Assembly: GCA_965207225.1 (NCBI GenBank)
Contig: CBDBLV010000005.1
Location: forward strand, 1,024,001-1,088,000
Source of the DNA: Dehalococcoidia bacterium
Lineage (GTDB): Bacteria > Chloroflexota > Dehalococcoidia > Plut-88900
DNA: 64,000 bases
Reading direction: 5' to 3'
The notes beneath the pieces are model-generated. The model worked only from the letters and a program-made list of their open reading frames with translations. It did not search any database and was not told where the DNA came from. Each line of letters begins with the position of its first letter. Position 1 is the first letter of the stretch. Shown here in pieces: positions 27,101 to 35,656 of this stretch. The position numbers were made by a program, and so were the translations under genes.

Positions 27101-30083
27101 GGCCACCACCAACGACGAGGTGGACGAGCCCGACGGATCGGTCACGGTCACCGTCGACGCCAGCGCCAACCTCGACTACCGGGTGTCCTCGTCCCAGGGG
27201 ACGGCCGTCGTGGTCGTGTCCGACGACGACGGCGGCTACACGGTCAACCAGGGAACGATCGCCAGGGTCAAGGAGCTGGCGTCGCAGACGCAGCACGGCG
27301 CGGCCCACGTGAACCGCTGGAACCGGGTGCTGCTGGCCTTCGGCGAGCACGACGGCACCGGCGTCACCGGCGGCCCGATGACGGCGTCCGAGGCCCAGGA
27401 CATGGCCGACAATCACAGCAGCCCCGTCTGGGACCTGGTGGTCGTCGAGCTGACCGCCCTGGAAGCGGCCGCGGCGCAGACGCCGCCGCCGCCGCCCACG
27501 CCCGAGGTGAGTATCACCGCTGGCAGCGGGGTGACCGAGGGCGGCGACGCCGTCTTCACGGTGACGGCCAGCCCGGCCCCGACCGCGAACCTGGACGTGA
27601 GCGTAACGGTGTCCCAGAGCGGCGACTACGGCGCGGCCACGGGCCAGCGCACGGTGACGATACCCACCACGGGCAGCGTCACCCTCACCGTGGGCACCAC
27701 GGACGATAACGCCGACGAGACCGACGGCTCGGTCACCGCGACGGTGAACGCGGGCAGCGGCTACACGGTGTCCTCGTCCCAGGGCGCGGCCACGGTGGCC
27801 GTGTCCGACAACGACGACGCCTCCACGCCGGTGGTGAGCGTCAGCGCGGGCGGCGGCATCACCGAGGGCGGCAGCGCAAGCTTCACCGTCAGCGCAAACC
27901 CCGCCCCCGCCGCCAACCTCGACGTGAGCGTCACGGTCTCCCAGAGCGGCGACTACGGCGCGACCACGGGCCAGCGCACGGTGACGATACCCACCACGGG
28001 CAGCGTCACCATCACCGTCGGCACCACGGACGACAGCGCCGACGAGGCCGACGGGTCGGTCACCGCAACGGTGAACGCGGGCAGCGGCTACACGGTGTCC
28101 TCGTCCCAGGGGGCTGCCACGGCCGGCGTCGCAGACAACGACGACCCGGTCGTTGAGGAGCAGACGGGCTACACGGTGGACCCGGACGTGATCGCGAAGG
28201 TCAGGGAGCTGGCGTCGCAGACGCAGCACGGCACGGCCCACGTGAACCGCTGGAACCGGGTGCTCGTCGCCTTCGGCGAGCACGACGGCACCGGCGTCAC
28301 GGGCGGCCCGATGACGGCGGCCGAGGCCCAGGACATGGCGGACAAACACAGCAGCCCCGTGTGGGACGAGGTGGTGACCGAGCTGACGGCGCTGGAGGCG
28401 GCGTCAGCGCAGACGCCACCGCCGCCCACGCCTGAGGTGAGCGTCACCGCTGGAAGCGGGATAACCGAGGGCGGCGACGCCGTCTTCACGGTGACGGCCA
28501 GCCCGGCGCCTTCGTCCAATCTGGACGTGAGCGTCACGGTCTCGCAGAGCGGCGACTACGGCGCGACCACGGGCCAGCGGACGGTGACGATACCCACCAC
28601 GGGCAGCGTCACCCTCACCGTGGGCACCACGGACGATACTACTGACGAGACCGACGGGTCGGTCACGGCCACGGTGAACGCGGGCAGCGGCTACACGGTG
28701 TCCTCGTCCCAGGGCGCGGCCACGGTGGCGGTGTCCGACAACGACGACGCCCCCACGCCGGTGGTGAGCGTCACTGCTGGCAGCGGGGTGACCGAGGGTG
28801 GGGACGTCGTCTTCACGGTGACGGCCAGCCCGGCCCCGGCGTCCAACCTGGCGGTGAGCGTCACGGTATCGCAGAGCGGCGACTACGGCGCGACCACAGG
28901 CCAGCGCACGGTGACCGTCCCGACTTCGGGCAGCGTCACCCTCACCGTTGGCACCACGGACGATACTACTGACGAGACCGACGGCTCGGTCATCGCGACG
29001 GTGAACGCGGGCAGCGGCTACACGGTGTCCTCGTCCCAGGGCGCGGCCACGGTCGGCGTGTCCGACAACGACGACGCCCCCACGCCGGTGGTGAGCGTCA
29101 CCGCTGGCAGCGGGGTGACCGAGGGCGGGGACGCCGTCTTCACGGTGACGGCCAGCCCGGCCCCGGCGGCCAACCTGGCGGTGAGCGTCACGGTGTCGCA
29201 GAGCGGCGACTACGGCGCGACCACGGGCCAGCGCACGGTGACGATACCCACCACGGGCAGCGTCACCCTCACCGTCGGCACCACGGACGACAGCGCGGAC
29301 GAGACCGACGGGTCGGTGACGGCGACGGTGAACGCGGGCAGCGGCTACACGGTGTCCTCGTCCCAGGGCGCGGCCACGGTCGGCGTGGCCGACAACGACG
29401 ACGCCCCCACGCCGGTGGTGAGCGTCACCGCTGGCAGCGGGGTGACCGAGGGCGGGGACGCCGTCTTCACGGTGACGGCCAGCCCGGCCCCGGCGTCCAA
29501 CCTGGCGGTGAGCGTCACGGTGTCCCAGAGCGGCGACTACGGCGCGACCACGGGCCACCGCACGGTGACGATACCCACCACGGGCAGCGTCACCCTCACC
29601 GTCGGCACCACGGACGATACTACTGACGAGACCGACGGGTCGGTGACGGCCACGGTGAACGCGGGCAGCGGCTACACCGTGTCCTCGACCCAGGGCGCGG
29701 CCACGGTCGGCGTGGCAGACAACGACGACGCGGCCCCTGAGGTGGAGATAACCGTCACCGTCGAGGCCGCGTCGGCGGTGGAGGGCGACGTGCTGGAGTT
29801 CCGGGTGCGGCTGTCCGAGGCGTCCACCGAGGAGATCAGGATCAGATGGAACACCGCGCCTGCGTACCACCTGCTGGACGACCGGGCGCACATGACCGAC
29901 TATCAGTACACGGAGGGTGAGCTGGTGTTCGCGCCGGGGGTGACGGAGCTGACGGCGGAGGTGTGGCTGGAGTACGACGACGATGAGGAGCCGGACGAGT
30001 ACTTCGTGGTGGAGGCGTACCTGCCCGGGACCCTCTACCCGCCCGACGCCGTGGGAACCATGACGATCAAAGACGACGACTAG
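21141..30083 (+). CDS. Giant secreted adhesin-like protein (2980 aa)
   Basis: Signal peptide; five 'V.N.GQ...AQ.FTTG...GWSI' beta-sandwich repeats; lectin-like domain (WPLKP.GL..G..FRLLF); FN3-like domains; nine Calx-beta-like TEG...DDD repeats; two helical repeats. Confidence 0.88.
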   Translation: MRRPGIALLALALLAVVFAATPAEQANAQTPQTFVANTGQLDGASVSLGNDYAQAFTTGSSSAGYSLTSVGVEFAAIASGFSSSSLTASIHADSGGSPGNSLGTLTNPASFPVSSSDQTLTFTSSAGIDLAAKTTYFLVIDLSSAESASLMRLTGSDSEDGGGQAGWSIGDGFSRRAWNTTGAWSTFASSMKLSLGGVSKPFLVSNFGQANGGTGNFVQHDHAQAFTTGANAGGYTLTGVDFSFPQINDGALAGKLTAEIRSDSSGAPGAVVATLTKPGTIAAGTNSFTHSGVALAANTTYWAVLDVTLVLLPGANTIQNTASDAEDAGGADGWTIADDGHYRTWNTSGAWTSFSQSRKMTIHGTAVETVETETFVANTGQADGGTSFLGNDFHQAFTSGSNSFGYTLHSVDVEFSTIDSAFSSSALTASIHAASGGSPGSSLGTLTNPASFPASTSDQTLTFTSSAGIDLEGSATYFLVIDMDAGQSSSRVRLTGSDAEDGGGLAGWSIADGAGTRTASSTGAWTPNVSSLKISLDGVSKPRPSRVSILGGGAVTEGVSASFTLTAVPAPTADLPVSVTVATTGDFGYGTLPTSVTIPDSGTATLEIPTTGDDVDEAHGSVTVTLVDGSDYDLATSLGTATVRVRDDDPALVKNTGQSSGLVQGLHVDLAQGFDTGGNPSGYTLTSVDVAFNRSTEDFGSKLTVTVHKGANGAPGTVVGTLANPAFVNRQAGTYSFTHPGVALEADTRYWVVLDAAGLTEGNSQVKFTQSNSEDEGAAPGWSINNDARIRAQGGGNWITLVGGSTLSMGVNGRLLPHADGSYTVPFDWPLKPLGLGAGETFRLLFMTEDHRDATAADIGVYDAHVREAARDGHAAVRRYADHFRVVGSTAAVDARDHTRTNPNNAGHTDAEVWWLNGERVAANNAGFWSDTWENWAMADRRFESGERSTSNDWPWTGTRTDGAKEANPLGASNARRGRFSTTDADTGPISYNTIASTQDHAFYGISPLFRVEPTPVNAPPGEPAVMSNLGQADGAALTVTTASTVRDRAQSFTTGKNGGHYRLNSVDVEFAEIGDSNAARDLRVQIWAGSGGSPGSTAADVLADLARPSMPVGSADRTFTFTYQGDDGSGLRLEPNTTYWVYVYDASVQPNSTYTLRATASNSERLRGLRLPEGWSIGDGHSSWSLYPNPAVSWSTHSEALKIGLNLGAADAFVQFRTCAGTVSGNTCSTGWVIANYNRHDPPPTITLTEGGPAVTYQWQAVDPHERRHFYVASQVGEPLSHHGGYIGPGKPDRDRLMCHTGSRSPYNLGDPIVEGLGRDGIHFGYGSTAGPLLDRHDGCPFSSQSVYESDANKWRPVSLAAGQDSDAFDHGTFLIHRPHAVGHNFYENGVLYQVGGFDYPEVQVPLIIRDDDEWEQTLEFSIDDGTTWTSIEDGGLNLAFPASLNTGRKAHYFWVRTKNDPPADQDKRFSISADFAEPLLRSGTSEYFRSHRVWFTSPAASHLHTFRTDSAVSAGSVTVSRTPVQVDVHVGANVVGNVTFQVEGYKLYERSDNQISTETPPKTVRTDSFSFHRTLGSCVGCQRLLGDLPDPVVERVGDLSYANLSDTGIDLSWPQVVGAEGYEVRYWSTTSPFPGVPADEAWFGAEPNDPAWNIRHLEPDTEYRAVVYYADHGATQLSTASPVIRFTTLAAGSPVEAEPTSVIVERVPEVSISAAGGTITEGEDAVYTVTVNPAPDAPLDVRVGVAGPGSVVAAQHLGERTVNVPTGGSVSFTIPTVDDTGWGSNGMLGATVQFGEGYRLNRFRSYASVYIANNDLPPPPPVQLKRVSDTTATVAWKPQGDGASYLVVWHESFTGVPVLTEVTTTATEHQLTGLDPQSHYVVSVLHGTTQLDKITVRTLAAGATPKTFTVDFETPAPNTSVPLISVTADGNVTEGGDATFTVSANPAPAADLDVSVTVSQSDDSGISMEHRTVTIPSAGYAALTVATTNDEVDEPDGSVTVTVDASANLDYRVSSSQGTAVVVVSDDDGGYTVNQGTIARVKELASQTQHGAAHVNRWNRVLLAFGEHDGTGVTGGPMTASEAQDMADNHSSPVWDLVVVELTALEAAAAQTPPPPPTPEVSITAGSGVTEGGDAVFTVTASPAPTANLDVSVTVSQSGDYGAATGQRTVTIPTTGSVTLTVGTTDDNADETDGSVTATVNAGSGYTVSSSQGAATVAVSDNDDASTPVVSVSAGGGITEGGSASFTVSANPAPAANLDVSVTVSQSGDYGATTGQRTVTIPTTGSVTITVGTTDDSADEADGSVTATVNAGSGYTVSSSQGAATAGVADNDDPVVEEQTGYTVDPDVIAKVRELASQTQHGTAHVNRWNRVLVAFGEHDGTGVTGGPMTAAEAQDMADKHSSPVWDEVVTELTALEAASAQTPPPPTPEVSVTAGSGITEGGDAVFTVTASPAPSSNLDVSVTVSQSGDYGATTGQRTVTIPTTGSVTLTVGTTDDTTDETDGSVTATVNAGSGYTVSSSQGAATVAVSDNDDAPTPVVSVTAGSGVTEGGDVVFTVTASPAPASNLAVSVTVSQSGDYGATTGQRTVTVPTSGSVTLTVGTTDDTTDETDGSVIATVNAGSGYTVSSSQGAATVGVSDNDDAPTPVVSVTAGSGVTEGGDAVFTVTASPAPAANLAVSVTVSQSGDYGATTGQRTVTIPTTGSVTLTVGTTDDSADETDGSVTATVNAGSGYTVSSSQGAATVGVADNDDAPTPVVSVTAGSGVTEGGDAVFTVTASPAPASNLAVSVTVSQSGDYGATTGHRTVTIPTTGSVTLTVGTTDDTTDETDGSVTATVNAGSGYTVSSTQGAATVGVADNDDAAPEVEITVTVEAASAVEGDVLEFRVRLSEASTEEIRIRWNTAPAYHLLDDRAHMTDYQYTEGELVFAPGVTELTAEVWLEYDDDEEPDEYFVVEAYLPGTLYPPDAVGTMTIKDDD
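27496..29735 (+). repeat. Six near-identical ~327-bp (109-aa) intragenic repeats
   Basis: ACGACGACGCCCCCACGCCG recurs at 28741, 29068 and 29395 (327-bp period); additional copies lie upstream. Confidence 0.9.
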
Positions 30084-30111
30084 TCCGGCCCAGCCGGACC
30101 GGCAAGAGGAT

Positions 30112-30171
30112 GCAAGGGGGGCCTGCGGCAACACCGCCCAGGCCCCCTTGCTCTAGCCGCGGGGCGGCTAG
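30112..30171. terminator. Hairpins downstream of adhesin
   Basis: GCAAGGGGGGCCTG...CAGGCCCCCTTGC and TAGCCGC-GGG-GCGGCTA stems lying between the adhesin stop and the att site. Confidence 0.5.
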
Positions 30172-30240
30172 GTAATATACTAACGTGGGTGTCAGGATCG
30201 CCGGAGTGAAGTTGGATCACCCATCCACAATTCGAAAATG

Positions 30241-30290
30241 GTTCTGCCTATCGTCAACTCAGGCCCACCAGACTTGATAAAATCAAGAAC
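30241..30290. other. att junction between elements 1 and 2 (50 bp)
   Basis: GTTCTGCCTATCGTCAACTCAGGCC|CACCAGACTTGATAAAATCAAGAAC; same register as 12551-12600 and 45859-45908. Confidence 0.88.
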
Positions 30291-30321
30291 CTTCCGCTTG
30301 TGCTTCAAGTTGGAGGTGTAA

Positions 30322-32298
30322 ATGAGGGGGCTAATGATGTCGGTAGGTACACGGTCACGGAATAGAGTCGGCCCCGTGATGTTGGTCGGCCTCGTAGTGG
30401 CCCTTCTTGTCATATCCTTGGCGGCATGTAGTGACGAGTCGTCCACACCGACCGACACCCCTACGCCTTCGCCAACACCCGCGCCGACCAACACCCCTAC
30501 GCCTTCGCCAACACCCGCGCCGACCAACACCCCTACGCCTTCGCCAACACCCGCGCCGACCAACACCCCTACGCCTTCGCCAACACCCGCGCCGACCAAC
30601 ACCCCTACGCCTTCGCCAACACCCACGCCACCTACTTTGCTGTCAACGTATGAAACAACCAACACCAGATGGCTGGTGAGAAACTATCCAGCACTGGCTC
30701 GGCAAATCCAGACGCTCCCCTGGGTCCAGGACGGACTTTCCGACCTAGAACGATCAGCAGTAGACGAGTTGCTTTGGATGGCCGCCGAAGACATTGATAA
30801 TCTGAAGGCGGCTCTACGTCTGTCTTGGGTGCAGGACGAGGTGTCCGAGACCGAGTACGACGTTATACATTGGCTCAGGGCACTGGACTTCGACGCCACA
30901 GATGTGGTCTTCCAACTCCTCTCAATGCCGTTCTTACTTTCCCCAGACACCACTGATGTGCTAGCCATTCGAGGAATGAAGAAACTGGCCTACGAAGGCC
31001 GCCTCGCCCCTCTCACTGACCACGCGATCTTTCAGGACGGCGTTACCGACGAGGAGACCACGCTGATTGCCGCTGTGGGCACCCTTAGCGACGCGGACGA
31101 GATTCGGGGGGTTCTGAACCCCGAAGGCGCTGCCATTGAGACAGTTTCCCTCGGTACAGAACTGACGCCCCATCTCAGGATCAGCATCGTCCGTACCGAC
31201 AGCCAATCCCGGCCGGGCACCATTGAGGCAACTCGGGATTTGATTCAGTTCGTTGAGAATACTACTGGCTTGCCATTGCCGGTGGACCACGTCATCATCA
31301 TGCTCAGCGAGAATGCGGTCACGGACAAGTACGCCGGCACAAATTATGGCTTTGCGTTCAGCTACTTGCCCAAATACGAGGTGACGCAATCTGGTACTTG
31401 GGAGTGGAGGCAAAGTCGATTAGGCTTCGTTCACGAAACCGCTCACTACTTCTGGAGCGGCAATGAGAACTGGATAGACGAGGGCCTAGCCAATCTGTTC
31501 GAGTATCGGTTTGGTCGGCAGATGGGCCTGAGCCATGGGCAGTTGCAAACTAAGCGCAGAGGATGCGAGGCCCACGACCTCGAGATGCTTTCGGAGTGGG
31601 ACCCGGATTCGAGTGAATGGGACCGCTATCAGTGCGCCTACTACCTGGGCCAGTTGCTCTTTCAGAACTTGTTCGCAAGTATGGACGCCGAGACATTTAC
31701 CGCAAGCCTCCAAGAATACTATCGGCTATCCCTGGATGCCCAGGAGGCAGACCGTATCCCCGGCATAGCGGAAGTCCGCAAAGCATTCGCGGGACAGGAC
31801 GCCATCATCGACCGCCACTGGTCAGGAAAGATGAACTCGCCGGAGAACCGCCCGTTCGACGAAGGTTATGAATATACAAGCCATAACCTTATCCAATGGA
31901 TACGGCATCCAACCTATGAAGACGGGGTAGTGGCTTTCGAAGGGGCCTTCTTGAACGGAGCAGAGCCTAGTTTTCGATTGCCACGGTCACGTGGATCACA
32001 TTACGCGAACTTTTCGCTCAGGGCAGCAGATGATGGGAAGTGGTTGGGCAGTATTCTGGTGCCCTTGTCCGGGAACAGAACATGGACTCTGGATGACCCC
32101 GGCGACGTTGTTGCTGACACCTACTTGATGGATGACGAATCTAACACATTCACCGTCACCTTTGATTTCCCGGAAGGACTAGGAGACAACCCCTCCGATT
32201 ACGTAGTCAACGTGATGGGCTTTCAAAACTCTGACCGGGAAGCGACCATCGGCGAGAACATAGACACCCTAGGTTATTCTCGCATCCGAGTACCCTAA
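30322..32298 (+). CDS. Lipoprotein with Pro/Thr linker and gluzincin-like metallopeptidase motif
   Basis: Lipobox LAAC; HETAHYF...WIDEGLA (HEXXH...E) motif. Confidence 0.8.
   Translation: MRGLMMSVGTRSRNRVGPVMLVGLVVALLVISLAACSDESSTPTDTPTPSPTPAPTNTPTPSPTPAPTNTPTPSPTPAPTNTPTPSPTPAPTNTPTPSPTPTPPTLLSTYETTNTRWLVRNYPALARQIQTLPWVQDGLSDLERSAVDELLWMAAEDIDNLKAALRLSWVQDEVSETEYDVIHWLRALDFDATDVVFQLLSMPFLLSPDTTDVLAIRGMKKLAYEGRLAPLTDHAIFQDGVTDEETTLIAAVGTLSDADEIRGVLNPEGAAIETVSLGTELTPHLRISIVRTDSQSRPGTIEATRDLIQFVENTTGLPLPVDHVIIMLSENAVTDKYAGTNYGFAFSYLPKYEVTQSGTWEWRQSRLGFVHETAHYFWSGNENWIDEGLANLFEYRFGRQMGLSHGQLQTKRRGCEAHDLEMLSEWDPDSSEWDRYQCAYYLGQLLFQNLFASMDAETFTASLQEYYRLSLDAQEADRIPGIAEVRKAFAGQDAIIDRHWSGKMNSPENRPFDEGYEYTSHNLIQWIRHPTYEDGVVAFEGAFLNGAEPSFRLPRSRGSHYANFSLRAADDGKWLGSILVPLSGNRTWTLDDPGDVVADTYLMDDESNTFTVTFDFPEGLGDNPSDYVVNVMGFQNSDREATIGENIDTLGYSRIRVP
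30448..30627 (+). repeat. 5 x 36-bp tandem repeat encoding [12 protein letters not shown]
   Basis: Unit CCGACCAACACCCCTACGCCTTCGCCAACACCCGCG, contiguous copies with no spacers. Confidence 0.92.
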
Positions 32299-32338
32299 TC
32301 GGCCATGGAAAGCCAGCAAAATCAATCGCCGGACTAGG

Positions 32339-33106
32339 CTACAATTCTCCCCACTCGACCAAAGAGCACCTCAATGGTTCTGAGACTACGGCGCTCAGAA
32401 GCACTCCTACAATAGTTAGGGACACCGCAGACCAGGTTTGGCCAAGCTGAAGCGCCCCTGGAATTGCTACAGCGACCAGGACCACTGGAAGAAACAGGGT
32501 AATCATGGCGGCCGCCTGCGTTGCCGGACCGGTGACTCTCCGGTGCTTGTGTTGTTTGGCCAAATTCAGAACCATGGCAGCCAAGGGTGCCCAAGCGAGG
32601 CCTCCAAATGCGACCACTATTAGGGGCAGCAATACAAGGTCCCATGGGTCGCCAAACTTGACCAAAGCTGCCACCCAGTAAATCATGAATACGGCAAATG
32701 CTAGAACTAGGCCCATCAGTAGCCACCAGTTACGGCGGAGGAGCAGCCAGATAAACCAACACCACGGCAGTACGGCAATTATCAGTGAGAGTTGGACTCC
32801 CAATCCAACGATGCTGAGTTTGTTCACTCCCGCCAATGCCGTTGTAAGCCACAAGAACAGCGCAGTTCCGATATCCTCTCCCCGCCACCTCCATATTCGC
32901 AGGCCATGTCTAGGTTCAGAAAAAAGGCTTGCCACTGGCATTACCGTAACTAGCGCACTCATCCAGAGACGAGCGTACACATCATCAACCAGACCCGAAT
33001 ACCAAACGAAGATGAAGACCGGCACCCAATAGGCAACCGTCACGGCAAGAGTGTCAGGGAGACGACTACCCACCTTAGAGAAGAATTCCCTGACGATGTT
33101 GACCAT
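32339..33106 (-). CDS. Multi-pass membrane protein of unknown family
   Basis: About 8 hydrophobic helices; C-terminus aligns with 43110-44039 (LFLP...WS.V....G......SEPL). Confidence 0.7.
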   Translation of the reverse strand: MVNIVREFFSKVGSRLPDTLAVTVAYWVPVFIFVWYSGLVDDVYARLWMSALVTVMPVASLFSEPRHGLRIWRWRGEDIGTALFLWLTTALAGVNKLSIVGLGVQLSLIIAVLPWCWFIWLLLRRNWWLLMGLVLAFAVFMIYWVAALVKFGDPWDLVLLPLIVVAFGGLAWAPLAAMVLNLAKQHKHRRVTGPATQAAAMITLFLPVVLVAVAIPGALQLGQTWSAVSLTIVGVLLSAVVSEPLRCSLVEWGEL

Positions 33107-34075
33107 TCTTGCTGACTATCCTCTGCTGAGAGATACTGACCCGTGCCAGTCAGCCCATAGCCCGAATTCTGGAATCGAGAATCGGCCTTCCAGCCACTCA
33201 GGAACCTCGCAGTCCCTTCAAATCAGATCAGTCATGCCATCATAGCCCATTCTTCCGCAGCCCGCTGGGGTTTCCATGAACTCAGTGAGGACCAGGCGTC
33301 TTTGGCTAGTGATAGCTAAGGACGTCACAGGTAAGCACACCGGCAGAGGCGTGGCAAGAGGCTCTAGCCATAAGTGTGGCCCGGTATTTCCTGCTGGTGG
33401 ACCTCGGAGGCCCCTGAATACTTCGGTGATCTATCTCGCAGCAACACCGCGAGACGCATCTCCGGCAGGTTCCAGCGGGTTCACGAGCGGAAGGGCCACC
33501 AGCCACGACGCCGTTGGGGTTTGCGCTGTGGCTCCTGATTCTCTGGGCCACTCACAGCGTCGGATCCATGTCCGGCAACTCTGCCGCTCCACGCATCGAC
33601 CGATGTAGGAGGCTTGCCTTTTTCGTCTATCGGAGGTGGAAAGTGGGCGGGACGCTCACCGTCGAACGGTATTCTCCAGCCAATGACGAACTCAGCTTGG
33701 AAGTTCAACCCAGCCAAGTCCGGGTGGTCTTTGACATCGGTTGCGATCCCAATATCCTGCCAGTCTCGGCGCAGCAAGGTCGACCAGTCACTTGTCAATT
33801 GCGTCGCGATGGTGTCGATCATTACCGGCTCGGCAATAGAGGTTCTCCACTGCTCGTTAGACGGTCCGGAAGACTGACTACCGCTAGGGAACCTGGCGTA
33901 GCTACCGCCGTAATGCAACCGCACTCTCCAACCTTCTGTGGCATACCCGTGGTGTCAATACCCAGGAACATTGAGCCACAATACCCACTAACATTGAGCC
34001 AGATAACCAGGGTCTTTGAGCCACCCTGAGCGCCCCAGCTTAGACCATTGCAGCACTTGATAAGGAGGTGCCGCG

Positions 34076-35656
34076 ATGGCCTACAAGGAGGTACTCAGAG
34101 TGGAGATAGAAGAAGTCATCCGGCGCTGGCAGGCTGGAGAGAGCCAGCGCCACATAGCGACTGGGACGGGCCTGTCCCGGAACACGGTGGTCAAATACAT
34201 CTCCTCGGCGGAGAGGTTGGGGCTGTCCCGGGACGGACCGGGTCCCAGCGAGGAGCAGCTGAGCAAGCTGGCGGCCATCGGCCGTGCGGGACCGCGGCAG
34301 ACCAAGATGCCCATAGAGGAGAGGCTGTCCCCCTGGGCCGACCAGATTCAGCAGTGGCTCATCGGGGACCGGCTGCAACTGACCCGCATCCGGGAGTTGC
34401 TCTTGGAGCGGGGCTGCGATGTGCCCTATTCGTCGTTACAGCGCTTCGTGGCCCGCCGCAACTGGCGAGGCCGCAGTCTTCGGACGGTGCGGATGGAGGA
34501 GAGTCCTCCGGGCGAGGTGGCGGAGCTGGACTTCGGTCGGCTGGGGCCGCTGGAGGACCCGGAGACGGGACGCCGCCGGACGGTGTGGGCGCTGATCGTG
34601 GTGCTGGCCTACTCGCGGCACAGCTTCGTCTGGCCCACCCACGGGCAGAAGCTGGAGGACGTGGTCGCCGGACTGGAGGCGGCCTGGGCTTTCTTCGACG
34701 GCATACCCAAGTACCTGGTCATCGACAACTTCCCGGCGGCGGTGGCCGGGGCCGACGCCCTGCACCCCAGGCTGACCAGGGGCTTCCTGGAGTACTCGCA
34801 GCGCCGGGGCTTCATCACCGACCCGGCCCGGGTGCGCCACCCCAGGGATAAGCCCAAGGTGGAGCGGGGAGTCCAGTACGTGAGAGAGCGCTTCTTCAAG
34901 GGAGCCTCCTTCAGGGACCTGCCTCACATGCGGAAGGAAGCGCTCCACTGGTGCCGTGAGGTGGCCGGACAGCGGGTGCACGGCACCACCAGGCGCAAGC
35001 CCGTGGAGGTCTTCGACACAGAGGAGCGCCAGACGTTGCTGCCCTGGGACGGCGATCCCTACGAGGTTACCCGCTGGCGCAACGCCAAGGTGCAGCGCGA
35101 CCACCACGTGACCTGCCAGCACGCCCTCTACTCGGTGCCGTCGGCCCTGTGCCCTCCGGGGCAGCAGGTGGAGATCGCGCTGGACAGCAAGCTGGTGCGC
35201 ATCTACCACCGGGGCAAGCTGATCAAGGTCCATCCCCGTCAGCCCAGGGGCAAACGCTCCACCGACACCGACGACTACCCAAAGGAGTTCATCGCCTACA
35301 CCCTGCGAGGGCCCGACAAGATCAAGCAGAGCGCGGCGGAGCTGGGAGAGGCGGTGGCCGCCTTCGCCGACCGGCTCTTCGAAGGCCCCACGCCTTGGGC
35401 CAAGGTGCGGCAGGGACACAAGCTGCTCCGCCTCGCCCAGCGCTACACCCCCGACCGGCTGAACGACGCCTGCCGCAAGGCCTTGGACGTGGACCTCATC
35501 GACGTGCACCGCGTCGAGCGCATCCTGGTTGAAGCCCTGGAGCAGCAGGATGCGCCGCCCCTTGCCGACCTCATACCGCCGGGGCGCTTCGCCAGGCCCG
35601 GCTCCGTCTTCGCCCTGGTCAACGGCCATCACCCAACCGAAGGAGTTACGCTATGA
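34076..35656 (+). CDS. istA: IS21 transposase
   Basis: N-terminal HTH; DFG, IDN and PRDKPKVER DDE motifs; HGTT motif. Confidence 0.95.
   Translation: MAYKEVLRVEIEEVIRRWQAGESQRHIATGTGLSRNTVVKYISSAERLGLSRDGPGPSEEQLSKLAAIGRAGPRQTKMPIEERLSPWADQIQQWLIGDRLQLTRIRELLLERGCDVPYSSLQRFVARRNWRGRSLRTVRMEESPPGEVAELDFGRLGPLEDPETGRRRTVWALIVVLAYSRHSFVWPTHGQKLEDVVAGLEAAWAFFDGIPKYLVIDNFPAAVAGADALHPRLTRGFLEYSQRRGFITDPARVRHPRDKPKVERGVQYVRERFFKGASFRDLPHMRKEALHWCREVAGQRVHGTTRRKPVEVFDTEERQTLLPWDGDPYEVTRWRNAKVQRDHHVTCQHALYSVPSALCPPGQQVEIALDSKLVRIYHRGKLIKVHPRQPRGKRSTDTDDYPKEFIAYTLRGPDKIKQSAAELGEAVAAFADRLFEGPTPWAKVRQGHKLLRLAQRYTPDRLNDACRKALDVDLIDVHRVERILVEALEQQDAPPLADLIPPGRFARPGSVFALVNGHHPTEGVTL

Larger units (their letters stand above)
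12576..30265. mobile_element. Element 1: tRNA-Val-integrated serine-recombinase element (17.7 kb)
   Basis: Direct repeat GCCCACCAGACTTGA at 12573-12587 and 30263-30277. Reconstituted attP arms GTTCTGCCTATCGTCAA / TTGACGGTAGACAGAAC form an inverted repeat (15/17). Contains recombinase, relaxase-like and coupling-protein genes. Confidence 0.88.

Noticed and set aside
21237-29735. Possible diversity-generating retroelement TR/VR pair
   Set aside because: No reverse transcriptase in the window, both copies are coding within one gene, and mismatches are not evidently adenine-restricted.
22731-30134. Very long minus-strand ORFs (1872 aa and 576 aa)
   Set aside because: Antisense shadows of the GC-rich adhesin; Arg/Gly/His-rich with no motifs.
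30448-30627. 36-bp repeats resembling CRISPR repeat length
   Set aside because: Contiguous with no spacers, in frame as a Pro/Thr linker, and no cas genes nearby.
30192-30665. 157-aa minus-strand ORF with GVGEGVGV repeats
   Set aside because: Antisense of the PT linker; only its last ~25 codons are meaningful, as the displaced recombinase-1 tail.
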